Part shown: positions 7,277 to 16,123 of the stretch, one piece after another
Numbering within the stretch: the stretch's first letter is position 1
Layout of the letters: the number at the start of each line of letters is the position of its first letter
Source of the DNA: an uncultured Fibrobacterota bacterium
GTDB taxonomy: Bacteria > Fibrobacterota > CAYVZU01
Assembly: GCA_964455935.1 (NCBI GenBank)
Contig: CAYVZU010000006.1
Span: 1,505-65,504 of the forward strand
Reading direction: 5' to 3'
DNA length: 64,000 nucleotides
Notes under the pieces: model-generated
What the model saw: only the letters and a program-made list of their open reading frames with translations
Told to the model about the DNA's origin: nothing
The model's database searches: none
Translations under genes and position numbers: made by a program

Positions 7277-9040
7277 TCACAATTCCTTCAGGATCTCATC
7301 GACATCCCAAGCCGTGCGGCATGCAAGCGCTTTTTGGGCCGCCGCCCGCATGGTCTCCAAGCTTCGGCGGTTCAGCACAGCAGCCAGTTCGGGCAGCATT
7401 TGCGGGGAAACCGACAAAATATCGACTCCAAGTCCAAAGAGCAGGGCGGCATTGGCCGCCTGCTGCAACTCGCCGCATAACGTGACTTCACGGTGAGCCG
7501 CTTTTGCGACCTCCGCAATCCCGGCAATCAGGCGAAGCATCACCGGGTGGGCCACTCGCTTGTAATTTTCCAATTGCACATTCTCCCGGCCCGCGGCAAA
7601 AGTGTACTGCAGCAAATCATTTGTGCCAATACTCACAAAATCCACTCGGTCCACAAAATCGCGCAACGCCAGGGCCGCCGATGGGATCTCGACCATCATG
7701 CCAATGCGCAGATCGTTTCGGTCCACGCCCTCTTCGCGGCATGCCTCCTCAATGATATCAAGCGCCTTCTCCAACTCTTCCACCAGCGCGACAAACGGGA
7801 GCAGGACGCGTACCCTGGGCCGCGTCGAAACCCGCAGAATACTTTGGGTCTGTTTTTTCAGCAGCCAGGGATGATTGAGAAGGAAACGGATTCCGCGGCA
7901 GCCCAGCTGCGGGTTCTCCTCCTGGGCAAAGGCGATATAGGGTACCGATTTATCCGCTCCCAGATCGAGAAAACGCACAGTAACGGGAAAGCCCGAATGG
8001 ATCCGGGCGATCTCCTCAATCATGGCCGTTTCTTCCTCCAGACTTGGCATTGTTGCCTGCGCCATATAGAAGAACTCCGTGCGCAGCAGCCCCACACCCC
8101 GCGCCCCCAGCCGGCGGGCGTCCCAGGCCTGATTTGCATTGCTTACATTGGCCTCAACGCGCAAAACGGTTCCATCGGCACTGGTCAAGGGTCCCGGCAT
8201 TGGAAAGCGCACCCCAACGGCCTGCGCCGAAAGGCGTTCGGCCCGCGCCCGGTGGTATCGACTGTCGGATTCGGTGGGATGGATAATGACGATGCCGGCG
8301 TAGCCGTCCACAATCACAAGGTCGTCCGGACGCGCCAGGGCGCTGATCCCCGCCACACGCATCACAACCGGAACACCCAGCGACTTGGCGATGATAGCCG
8401 CATGCGACGTCTCGTCGCCTCTCTCGACCACGATTCCCAAGATCTTGCGCATATCCAGTAACGGGATATCGGACGGAACGAGGTTTTCGGCCACAAACAG
8501 AACCGGCGTGTCAATCCGTTGCAGGGGGTTGGTCCGGACGTGCTCGATTTCAAGCAGGTTTCGCAGCAGACGGAAATACACGTCCTCAATATCGGAGAAG
8601 CGCCGCCGGAGGTACTCGTCCTTGATCGAAGCGAACCGGTCCTGGATGCTGCGAATTTCACGGGCCAGCACGAATTCGATGTTGGCGCGCTCCCGGGCAA
8701 GCATCTCGCGAATGCGGCCCAGGAAGCTGGAATCCCGCAGCATGGAGATGTGCACCGCGAATATGTTCTCGGCCTCGGGACTCCCCTGTTCTGCCGTCCG
8801 CTGCTTTATCTGGTGAAGCTGGTCGCGGCTTTTTTCGGTCGCGCTCTCCAATCGCTTCTCCTCGCCGGCCAGATCCTCGACGGAAAACCGGTTTTTTTCC
8901 AGCGCGTCCAATTCGATTGGCCGGAACAGATACGCCTTGCCGATCGCGATTCCCGGAGCAATGGCGGCCCCGTGAAGCTCAATGCGAGGCGCGCTGGACC
9001 GTGGACGCATAGTGATTGGATCCCTTTCGTAACTATTCAC
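7277..9040 (-). CDS. ptsI: Phosphoenolpyruvate-protein phosphotransferase (PTS enzyme I)
   Basis: GDETSHAAIIAKSLGVPVV phospho-His region, LRTEFFYM, GCRGIRF and VSIGTNDLLQY. The start is either GTG 9040 or ATG 9010 (M11). Confidence 0.9.
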   Translation of the reverse strand: MNSYERDPITMRPRSSAPRIELHGAAIAPGIAIGKAYLFRPIELDALEKNRFSVEDLAGEEKRLESATEKSRDQLHQIKQRTAEQGSPEAENIFAVHISMLRDSSFLGRIREMLARERANIEFVLAREIRSIQDRFASIKDEYLRRRFSDIEDVYFRLLRNLLEIEHVRTNPLQRIDTPVLFVAENLVPSDIPLLDMRKILGIVVERGDETSHAAIIAKSLGVPVVMRVAGISALARPDDLVIVDGYAGIVIIHPTESDSRYHRARAERLSAQAVGVRFPMPGPLTSADGTVLRVEANVSNANQAWDARRLGARGVGLLRTEFFYMAQATMPSLEEETAMIEEIARIHSGFPVTVRFLDLGADKSVPYIAFAQEENPQLGCRGIRFLLNHPWLLKKQTQSILRVSTRPRVRVLLPFVALVEELEKALDIIEEACREEGVDRNDLRIGMMVEIPSAALALRDFVDRVDFVSIGTNDLLQYTFAAGRENVQLENYKRVAHPVMLRLIAGIAEVAKAAHREVTLCGELQQAANAALLFGLGVDILSVSPQMLPELAAVLNRRSLETMRAAAQKALACRTAWDVDEILKEL

Positions 9041-9195
9041 TACAGAGTCATAGGGGGTACGGAGAAAGGATAGAGTCAGGCTGAAGGCGGAAGGAAGGAA
9101 ACTTCTCTGGCGCGCATCTGCGCCAGAAAGCCTTTCTCCTCTATGTATTCTTTTCTGACCTCCGCGTTCTCTGTGTCCCTGTGGTGAATAGTTAT
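9029..9195 (-). promoter_or_regulatory. Long-range inverted repeat enclosing a hairpin, spanning the regulator-ptsI spacer
   Basis: Positions 9179-9195 and 9029-9045 are complementary at 15 of 17 positions (ATAACTATTCACCACAG / CTGTAGTGAATAGTTAC on the transcript). The inner hairpin TCTGGCGC-N6-GCGCCAGA is at 9106-9127. The 3' arm covers the GTG start of ptsI. Confidence 0.45.
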
Positions 9196-9201
9196 CCCCT
9201 T

Positions 9202-9570
9202 TCAGTCGCGAAGCAGCCGCCGGATCGCCTCCATCAAGTCGGCCAGAACAAACGGCTTGGTTATATACTCGTCGGCTTTTAAAATGTCCTTGCCAATCAT
9301 GCGATCGCGCATGGAGTCGCGGGCGGTCAACATGAGGATCTTGATTCCGCTAAAGCGGGGATTATCGCGGATCATTTTGCAGATTTCCCAACCGTCCACA
9401 TACGGCATCATGACATCCAGAATCACGATATCCGGGCTTTCGCGCGCCACATTGTCCAACACCTCGCGGCCATCCCCCAAAGAATCCACAGTAAATCCCC
9501 GTTTCTCCAGGTTGACAACCAGGAGTTCGCGGATGCTTGGATCATCATCCACCACAAGCACGCGGGCCAC
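9202..9570 (-). CDS. Single-domain response regulator (CheY-like receiver)
   Basis: VARVLVVDDDPSIRELL..DIVILDVMMPYVDGWEI..ITKPF. GTG 9570 lies 2 nt after the upstream stop. The longer track ORF overlaps the previous gene. Confidence 0.8.
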   Translation of the reverse strand: MARVLVVDDDPSIRELLVVNLEKRGFTVDSLGDGREVLDNVARESPDIVILDVMMPYVDGWEICKMIRDNPRFSGIKILMLTARDSMRDRMIGKDILKADEYITKPFVLADLMEAIRRLLRD

Positions 9571-9572
9571 GA

Positions 9573-9968
9573 TCAACCGGCCCCACGCGAAGCGTCCGGG
9601 GCCGTGGAAAGCGCGGTTTGGATGGTGCGCAAGAGTTCCCCCATGTCGAACGGCTTGGTGAGAAAGCCATCGGCCCCGCACGAACGCGCCGTTTCGTAAT
9701 CGGACTGCTGCGCCGCGGCCGTGACGAAAATGATGAATACTCCCTGGGTGCGCGGATCCTCGCGAAGACGGCGGCACACGTCAAAACCATTCATACCGGG
9801 CAGGCGCACATTCAACAGAATCACGGCTGGGGTCTCCTGCGCCGCTTTGTCCAGCCCCTCCTCCCCGGTCATTGCCACCGCGACATCGAAACCCCGCCGC
9901 GCAAGATTGATGCGCAGAAGCTCCACGACATCCTCTTCGTCTTCAATAATCAGGATACGCCCAGCCAT
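9573..9968 (-). CDS. Single-domain response regulator (CheY-like receiver)
   Basis: RILIIEDEEDVVELL..VILLNVRLPGMNGFDV..LTKPF. The start overlaps the kinase 3' end by 19 nt. Confidence 0.85.
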   Translation of the reverse strand: MAGRILIIEDEEDVVELLRINLARRGFDVAVAMTGEEGLDKAAQETPAVILLNVRLPGMNGFDVCRRLREDPRTQGVFIIFVTAAAQQSDYETARSCGADGFLTKPFDMGELLRTIQTALSTAPDASRGAG

Positions 9969-12900
9969 TTCGGCGGCTCCTTTGCGATGGTGAAATAAAA
10001 TGTGCTGCCCTTGCCCAACTCCGATTCAGCCCAAATGCGTCCTGCGTGGGCCTCTACAATACTCTTGGCAATGGCCAGCCCCAACCCGCTGCCCGTGCTC
10101 TTCTTCGTATCGGCGCGCTTATTGCGATAAAACTTATCAAAGATCCGGCCCAGATCCTCCGGCCCGATTCCGGGTCCGGTGTCGCTGACTCCAACCTGAA
10201 CCATGTCTCCGCCATCCATTGCGGTCACGCTCACCCGCCCTTTGGGCTCTACGTAGCGAATTGCATTGTCCAGCAGATTCAACAGGACCTGTTTAATGCG
10301 GTCCCTGTCGGCTGTGACCCAAAGGGTTTCCCCGGAGGCCCGAACATCGACCTCCACACCGGCCGGGACCGCCAAACCCGAAACGGTCTCGGATACCAAA
10401 TCCCCCATGCCAAACCGCCGGAATCGCATTTCGCTGATTCCGGTCTCGATTTTCGAAACATCCAGCATTTCGCCAATCAGCTTTCCTAACCGTTTCCCCT
10501 CGGACTCAATGGTCTGGAGATAACGGGTGCGTTCGTCTTCGCTCAACTGAATATCCTTTGCCAGAAGGGTCTCGGCGAAACCGATGATTCCGGTGAGGGG
10601 CGTACGCAGTTCATGGGACGCCATCGAGACGAATTCGCTCTTTAACTTATCGAGTTCCTTCAGCTTCTCGTTGAGCTCATCCAACTCGCGGTTCTTGCCG
10701 ACCAGTTCCTGGTTTGCCTGCGCCAGGCGCTCGCTGTGGCGATGAACGGCCTCCTCGGCATTGCGGCGATCCGTAATATCGCGCCAAGTGGAAACCGCCC
10801 CAACAATCCGGCCGCTGGGGTCCAGGATCGGTCCGGCGCTGATTGAGACAATAACGGTTGTTGCATCCGGCCGCCGAATGATCCATTCCTCGTCCGAAAT
10901 TACCTCGCCTTGCTCCATGGCGCGTTCCAGCGGCAGTTCACCGTACCGCGGCCGGCTGTGGCCGTCGAGAAAGAGGAATCCCCACTTCTCCGCCCGGTCC
11001 TGCGGCGCAACATCTTCGGGTGCTTCGGTGATGGACCCGATCAGAGAGCGCGCGTATTGGCTCATCATGCGGATGCGGTCCTCGCCGCCAAAGACAACCA
11101 GAAGGCCCTCGGGTGTTTGGTCCATAATCGCCTCGAGAATGCGACGGCTTTCTTCGGCCTCCCGAACGCGCGCTTCGGCGCGCTCGCGCTCCCGATTCAA
11201 CTGCTCCTCCCACTGGCGGCGCTCGGTCACATCGCGCACATATCCCAAAATACCCGCAATCCGTTCTTCCGCATCCCGCCAGGGCTCGAAGACTACCTCC
11301 AGAAACCGCCTTCGACCGTCCAGCGTCAATTCGAACTCGCCCCGCTCGCCACGGCCGGTGGCCAGGACCCTGCGTTTGACCTCGCCAAGCCGGTCCGCCT
11401 CATCCTGCGCAAATAGATCCCGGTCGGTCTTGCCTTCGATCGATGCCGCAAGGCCGTCAAATGTGCGCGAGGCCCAGATGTAGCGTTGGTTGCGGTCCTG
11501 CTGAAACAGAAGGTCGGGCGAATTTCGGGTGACAAGCTGAAGCCGCTCCTCGCTTTCCCGCAAGGCGCTCTCCCAGCGTCGGCGATCGCCGATGTCAATG
11601 ACTGACGCGACAACCGCATCCAGTTCGGCGGGAACGGATGCCGAAAGCAGCACATCCCGGAGCTGTCCCTGGCGGTCCACCAGGGTCGCTTCAAACCGCC
11701 CGGGCTGTGTTGGCCCTCCGCCGGCGACCGGCCCAAAATAGTCCCGGACCAGACGGTCGCGGTCGCGGTCCGAAAAAAAGTCCTTCCAGGACTTGCGGCC
11801 CTCGATTTCCGATCGTCCGTATCCGCTCAGCTTTTCAAATTCCGAGTTGACCAGGTGCACCACTTCGTCCTTGCCCACAATGGCCATGGCTGTCCCGGTG
11901 TTCTCAAAGATCGCCCTGTATCGGCGCTCGGAGTCGAGCCGTGCATTTTCGGTCCGCTTGCGCTCCAGCGCATTGGCGAACATGGTGACAACCACGCGCA
12001 ACAGCTTGATCTCTTCGTCTCCCCAACACCGCTCGTGTCGCGATTCAAAAAGAAGAAAGCCGGGAACCGATCCCCCATACATCATGGGCACCGCCACAAA
12101 GGCCCTGGTCTCGCGGCATGCGAAGAAAGCCCGCTCCTCTTCCGCTTCGGGCGGCAATTCCGAGAGCGTTCGAACCTGGAGCACTTTGCGCGCGCGGATA
12201 CGATCCGTAAGCCAGGTCAGGGTGCAAAGGAGCGGGGGTGCCACAGGCGACTCTTCGATGCCCGGACCCGATGACCAGCGATAGGCGCGCAGAGCCCGGG
12301 AAGAGCCGTTTTGAAAGAGCCAAATGCAGCCGGCATCGACCTCCGAAAACCGGCCAAGCAGCCTTAGCGCATTTTCGAGCCCGTTGTCGATCTCTATGGA
12401 TTTAAGATTGATAAAGTTGGTGGCCAAGGTGCCCACAAGCTTCTCGAATTCCATGGCATGGCGCAAGGCGCGTTCGTTTCGGACATTTTGCGTGATGTCG
12501 CGCCAGGCCACAACGGCGCCGCGAATCACCCCGGAATCGTCCAGAACCGGCGCGGCATTCGCCGAAATATATAAGGGCTCTCCATCCCGTCTGTACATAA
12601 ACTGCTGGTTGGTCACCGTTTCACCATGATAAAGGGCGCGTGATAGCGGCAACTCCTCCAATTTTGCGGGCGTCAATCCATCCGCGTGATGAATGCGCAA
12701 CAGCTCCGCTTGTTGTTCGAGGCTCATCCCCAAAAACCGGTCCCGCGGAATCCCGGTCATCATTTGGACAAACCGGTTCACGCTTCGAACTTTGGCCGAG
12801 GCATCGATGACGGTTATGCCTTCGGGAATGCAATCCATAATGGCATTCAGAATCCGCTGACCTTCCTCCGCCTCTCGGGCCCTGGACTCGGCTGTCTCCC

Positions 12901-13819
12901 GTGCCTTGGCCAGCTCCAATTCGGCGTGTTTGATATCGGTAATGTCGTGGGAAATGGCCATTACGGTTTCCGCGGGCAATTGATCGTCTTTTTCGGGAAC
13001 CAGGCGGGCGTGAAACCAGCGCTTTCCGCCGGTCCCCGCGTATTCGTATTCCAGGCTTTGCTCCAGGCCTTTGCCGAAGGCCAACCCCAGGCGGCGGTCC
13101 CACTCCGCGGCATACGAAGATGTCATGCCCAAATCCGCCATGCTCTTGCCCCGCAGCGTATCGAGTCCCAGTCCGGTCAAGCGTTCGCCGGCCGGATTGA
13201 TATAAATGTGCTGACGACAGCGGTCGAAGCGCATAATCACGTCGGGCGAGTTTTCGACCAGGGTCCGGAACTCCCGTTCCCGCTGGCGCAGCATGGCCGT
13301 AATGCGGTTGCGCTCAACCATCTCCGATCGCAAGGCCTCGTTGGCCTTGGCCAGTTCCGTGGTGCGCAGACGCACGCGCGCCTCTAATTCGTCATGCGCC
13401 CTGCGCAGAGCGCGCTCGGCCTCCTCCTTCTCCTGGCGCATCGTCCGCTTTTCCAGCACTCCCTTCACGGCCGGACCCAGGCGCGCCAGGCGCTCTTTGG
13501 TCACATAATCGGCGGCCCCGGCTTTGATCGAATCCGCCGCGGTCTCCTCGTTCAGCGATCCGGTGACAATGACCACGGGAAGCAGGGGATCGTATTCCTG
13601 CGCCAGGTGCAGTGCCTCCAAACCCGAGATATCCGGCAGCAGATAATCGGCCAACACCAGATCGGGTTTAAATGTGCGAAGGGCCTCGATGAAGTCCACT
13701 CTCGCCATCACCAGGCGCACCGTTGCCATGATCCCCGCCCGGCGAAGCTCACGCTGATTAAGTTCCGCGTCCGTCAGCACGTTCTCCAGCATCAGAACAC
13801 GGACTTCACTCGAAGCCAT
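9950..13819 (-). CDS. Hybrid sensor histidine kinase: N-terminal receiver, multiple PAS and a GAF-like region, HisKA, HATPase
   Basis: REC (VLMLENVLTD..LVLADYLLPD), repeated PAS-like blocks with coiled-coil linkers, H-box SHELRTPLTGIIGF, LLDNAIRY, DTGPGI and GSGLGLAI. ATG 13819 (GAGGGAATGAA-ATG) is preferred over the track start at 14017. Confidence 0.9.
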   Translation of the reverse strand: MASSEVRVLMLENVLTDAELNQRELRRAGIMATVRLVMARVDFIEALRTFKPDLVLADYLLPDISGLEALHLAQEYDPLLPVVIVTGSLNEETAADSIKAGAADYVTKERLARLGPAVKGVLEKRTMRQEKEEAERALRRAHDELEARVRLRTTELAKANEALRSEMVERNRITAMLRQREREFRTLVENSPDVIMRFDRCRQHIYINPAGERLTGLGLDTLRGKSMADLGMTSSYAAEWDRRLGLAFGKGLEQSLEYEYAGTGGKRWFHARLVPEKDDQLPAETVMAISHDITDIKHAELELAKARETAESRAREAEEGQRILNAIMDCIPEGITVIDASAKVRSVNRFVQMMTGIPRDRFLGMSLEQQAELLRIHHADGLTPAKLEELPLSRALYHGETVTNQQFMYRRDGEPLYISANAAPVLDDSGVIRGAVVAWRDITQNVRNERALRHAMEFEKLVGTLATNFINLKSIEIDNGLENALRLLGRFSEVDAGCIWLFQNGSSRALRAYRWSSGPGIEESPVAPPLLCTLTWLTDRIRARKVLQVRTLSELPPEAEEERAFFACRETRAFVAVPMMYGGSVPGFLLFESRHERCWGDEEIKLLRVVVTMFANALERKRTENARLDSERRYRAIFENTGTAMAIVGKDEVVHLVNSEFEKLSGYGRSEIEGRKSWKDFFSDRDRDRLVRDYFGPVAGGGPTQPGRFEATLVDRQGQLRDVLLSASVPAELDAVVASVIDIGDRRRWESALRESEERLQLVTRNSPDLLFQQDRNQRYIWASRTFDGLAASIEGKTDRDLFAQDEADRLGEVKRRVLATGRGERGEFELTLDGRRRFLEVVFEPWRDAEERIAGILGYVRDVTERRQWEEQLNRERERAEARVREAEESRRILEAIMDQTPEGLLVVFGGEDRIRMMSQYARSLIGSITEAPEDVAPQDRAEKWGFLFLDGHSRPRYGELPLERAMEQGEVISDEEWIIRRPDATTVIVSISAGPILDPSGRIVGAVSTWRDITDRRNAEEAVHRHSERLAQANQELVGKNRELDELNEKLKELDKLKSEFVSMASHELRTPLTGIIGFAETLLAKDIQLSEDERTRYLQTIESEGKRLGKLIGEMLDVSKIETGISEMRFRRFGMGDLVSETVSGLAVPAGVEVDVRASGETLWVTADRDRIKQVLLNLLDNAIRYVEPKGRVSVTAMDGGDMVQVGVSDTGPGIGPEDLGRIFDKFYRNKRADTKKSTGSGLGLAIAKSIVEAHAGRIWAESELGKGSTFYFTIAKEPPKWLGVS

Positions 13820-14058
13820 TTCATTCCCTCTGTTCGGATGCTGAGCCTGTCCCATGCAAGCGCCCGACCTCCCGCTCGCCCTGGGGCCCGCGACCGTGGA
13901 CGGGAATTGACGTTTCACCCCAAGTGCTTTGCCAAGGCACAACAACAAAGGGGCTGCAACCCGATCCCCCCCAGAGGGGCCATTAACTCGCCGGGGACTC
14001 GGTGCTTCACGCCCCATCTCCTCCGCTTACCACTCCGGGTCCCCTTTTTCGGCTGTTT

Positions 14059-15216
14059 TTAGAATCGAAGAATCGCAGCTGCCGGCGAATCGTCGGGCAT
14101 ACGGTCGGTATCCATAATGAATACGGTTCCCCTGTTTAGAAGCGTTTGGACCGCTGCAAAATCCAAGAGATCCTCGCTGTGGTGATCCGGTTGCGGGCGC
14201 AAATCCACAGTGCCCGTATCCGGCTCGAACCGGCCCCACTGCTCGACGCCGCCGGCCACAAACAAGGTCTCGATCCGCGCGTTGTAGGCGTCCGGTACGA
14301 TCCGATGCAGGTCCTTAACGACCCGCGGGGTGGCTGCCAGACTACGGTACTGCTCGGCGGCCGCTTGCCGCGCCCGCTGGAAATGGGGCTGCAAAACCGG
14401 CCAGACGCGTGAATGAAGCTCCTCGGGAAGGGCGCGGTCGAGATTTCCCGTGAGCTTGTCATCCAACAAATGAAGGTACGTATTGGCTTCGCGATAGATC
14501 GGCAGCAGATATTCCACTCCGGCCAGAACCAGGGGCGCGCGTTCTTCCTTAAGGACCGCATGAACTCCGCGATCAACCAGACGAAAAAAGCGGAAGACCT
14601 GTTCCTTGGCATCCTCCTCACCCCCGCCCTGGCCATGAAAAACAGCGGCCCGCACCGCCGAGCCTTCCCGCAGGCCCACGGCCGTATGGAATTGCAGTTG
14701 CCGTTCAAACACATCAAAAGCAAGGGCTTCGGCAAGATTGGGCGGGACCTGGTGAAGCTTAATCTGACTTAGGTTGGTATGTGAACCTTCGAAAAGCCTG
14801 ACATGGTGCTGACTGACAACCAGCAGAAAAAACCGGCCGTCTTCGCATAGGAAAGAAAGCAGGGGTTTTATATGAAAACCGTGCCCAACAACGGCCTTTT
14901 CGCGAAAAGGAATCGGCAGTCGGTAATAGGAGGCAAACCCGGGTGAGAGAAACACGGCCAGACCGTCGCTCTGATGACGCCAGAAAAAAGGGTCGTTAAG
15001 AATTCGAAAACCGGGCCGCAAAAACTCCGCAATCTCCGCCTGTCCAAAGCCGCGCAAGGAAAGGTCCTGCTCGACCTCGCGGATCAGGTTCTTGAACCGG
15101 ATATGGTTCTGGCGTGTTTCAATACCAGCTCGGGCGGCCGGCATGTAGATGGAAATTGCAGGAAGGCCCTGATGCGAAGTAAGTCTCCGCAGATCGTCTA
15201 TGGTCAGAAGGTCCAT
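14059..15216 (-). CDS. eRF1/Pelota-like protein of the bacterial aeRF1 (baeRF) type, uncharacterised
   Basis: The N-terminus LTIDDLRRL..PAISIYMPAARAG..RQNHIRFKNLIREVE, HQSDGLAVFLSPGF..YRLPIPF, HIKPLL, APLVLAGVEYLLPIYRE and the C-terminal AAILRF match my memory of baeRF-family proteins. Not confirmed by HMM. Confidence 0.55.
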   Translation of the reverse strand: MDLLTIDDLRRLTSHQGLPAISIYMPAARAGIETRQNHIRFKNLIREVEQDLSLRGFGQAEIAEFLRPGFRILNDPFFWRHQSDGLAVFLSPGFASYYRLPIPFREKAVVGHGFHIKPLLSFLCEDGRFFLLVVSQHHVRLFEGSHTNLSQIKLHQVPPNLAEALAFDVFERQLQFHTAVGLREGSAVRAAVFHGQGGGEEDAKEQVFRFFRLVDRGVHAVLKEERAPLVLAGVEYLLPIYREANTYLHLLDDKLTGNLDRALPEELHSRVWPVLQPHFQRARQAAAEQYRSLAATPRVVKDLHRIVPDAYNARIETLFVAGGVEQWGRFEPDTGTVDLRPQPDHHSEDLLDFAAVQTLLNRGTVFIMDTDRMPDDSPAAAILRF

Positions 15217-15227
15217 GCCCTGTCCTT

Positions 15228-15812
15228 TCAGGAAACGGGTGGTGTGCCACCCGCAGGATGGTCAACAATGCGCACCGTTGTGGCTTGGGGGCCCTCCAGG
15301 CCTTCCTCCTCCACAAACCAGACCCCGGTACCGGGTTCCAGGCGGTCGTAGCCGCTGTGCAGAACGCTGTTGCGGTGAAAGTAGATGTCGCGGCCGTCAA
15401 GAGTGCGCAGAAACCCGGTGCCAAACTGTGGAAAGAGCTTCGCGACAACCGCCTGAATCTCCTGATGCGGATGGACTTTCACATCGCCCCGCTGTTTCCG
15501 CGTAAGACTGTCGAGCTGCCGCCAGGCCGCCTGGAAGGCGTCGCGAATCTCCGCGGCCAGGTCCGAATGCATGTCGCCTTTGCTGGGTTCGCGCACCACC
15601 ACGATTTCATGGCCCGGCGGAACGGTGATGTCGATGCGAAGCCGGAAGGGCCGGCCTCGGTGCTGATGCTGCTGACGGTTTTCCACGGCAACGCGGCAAC
15701 TGGAAATGTGATCGCAGACTCGCTCCAGTTTCGCGGCCTTTTCGCGGATCAACTCCTCAAGTTCGGCGGTCTTCTCGATATCGCGAAAACTAATCTCCAA
15801 TGGAACGTTCAT
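15228..15812 (-). CDS. HPF/RaiA (S30AE)-like ribosome-associated domain fused to a cold-shock domain
   Basis: N-terminal half: PLEISFRDIEKTAELEELIREKAAKLERVCDHISSCRVAVE..FRLRIDITVPPGHEIVV..IRDAF. C-terminal half: GTGFLRTLDGRDIYFHRNSV..LEPGTGVWFVEEEGLEGPQATTV (CSD). SD is GGGAGA. Confidence 0.7.
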   Translation of the reverse strand: MNVPLEISFRDIEKTAELEELIREKAAKLERVCDHISSCRVAVENRQQHQHRGRPFRLRIDITVPPGHEIVVVREPSKGDMHSDLAAEIRDAFQAAWRQLDSLTRKQRGDVKVHPHQEIQAVVAKLFPQFGTGFLRTLDGRDIYFHRNSVLHSGYDRLEPGTGVWFVEEEGLEGPQATTVRIVDHPAGGTPPVS

Positions 15813-15894
15813 ACTTTCTCCCGATGGAGGCGCGTTACGTTCGCTTTGTCCTTTGCGGGACCTGCAATGTCACCAGTTTACCGGATTGAAAAAT

Positions 15895-15910
15895 TGCGAA
15901 AAACGTGCCA
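15895..15910 (-). promoter_or_regulatory. Putative sigma-54 (-24/-12) promoter of the HPF-CSD/baeRF operon
   Basis: The minus strand reads TGGCACGTTTTTCGCA, against the consensus TGGCACG-N4-TTGCA (one mismatch, correct GG-N10-GC spacing). It lies about 85 nt upstream of ATG 15812. TGTC-N10-GACA at 15980-15997 sits upstream of it. Confidence 0.55.
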
Positions 15911-16123
15911 CGGCCTTTCCTGCCCAGGCTCGATTTGCGCCGTGAAAGAGCATTGACGGGATTGTAGGCGCCGACAAAATGTCAGGATTACGGGACAAAC
16001 CAAGGATTTTACTTCCCCGGCCGTTTCGTCGCAATAAGCCAGTCAATGGACCCAACCCTTTCAGGGAAATAGGCCCGCGCGAAAAGCTTGCCACACCGAA
16101 ACCGGATCATTTACATTAGATTC

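Noticed and set aside
7493-8461. 322-aa plus-strand ORF antisense to ptsI. Similar long shadow ORFs include 12686-13387, 13394-14062, 22473-23432, 25831-27030, 36886-38067, 38593-39591, 40530-41522, 47316-48236, 49463-50284, 50596-51279, 55778-56446 and 59644-60279.
   Set aside because: - Each lies fully inside a gene with clear family motifs on the other strand.
- Their translations are Arg/Gly/Pro/His-rich and low in complexity, with no recognisable motif. This is typical of antisense open frames in GC-rich DNA.
13854-13870. AGGTCGGGCGCTTGCAT (minus strand) upstream of the kinase as a sigma-54 promoter
   Set aside because: It has correct GG-N10-GC spacing and a TTGCAT, but the -24 half (AGGTCG) is poor. 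I mention it only as a weak member of the motif set.
13820-14017. 66-codon N-terminal extension of the histidine kinase ORF
   Set aside because: The extension is Gly/Arg/Pro-rich. The receiver domain starts right after ATG 13819, which has a GAGGGA SD.
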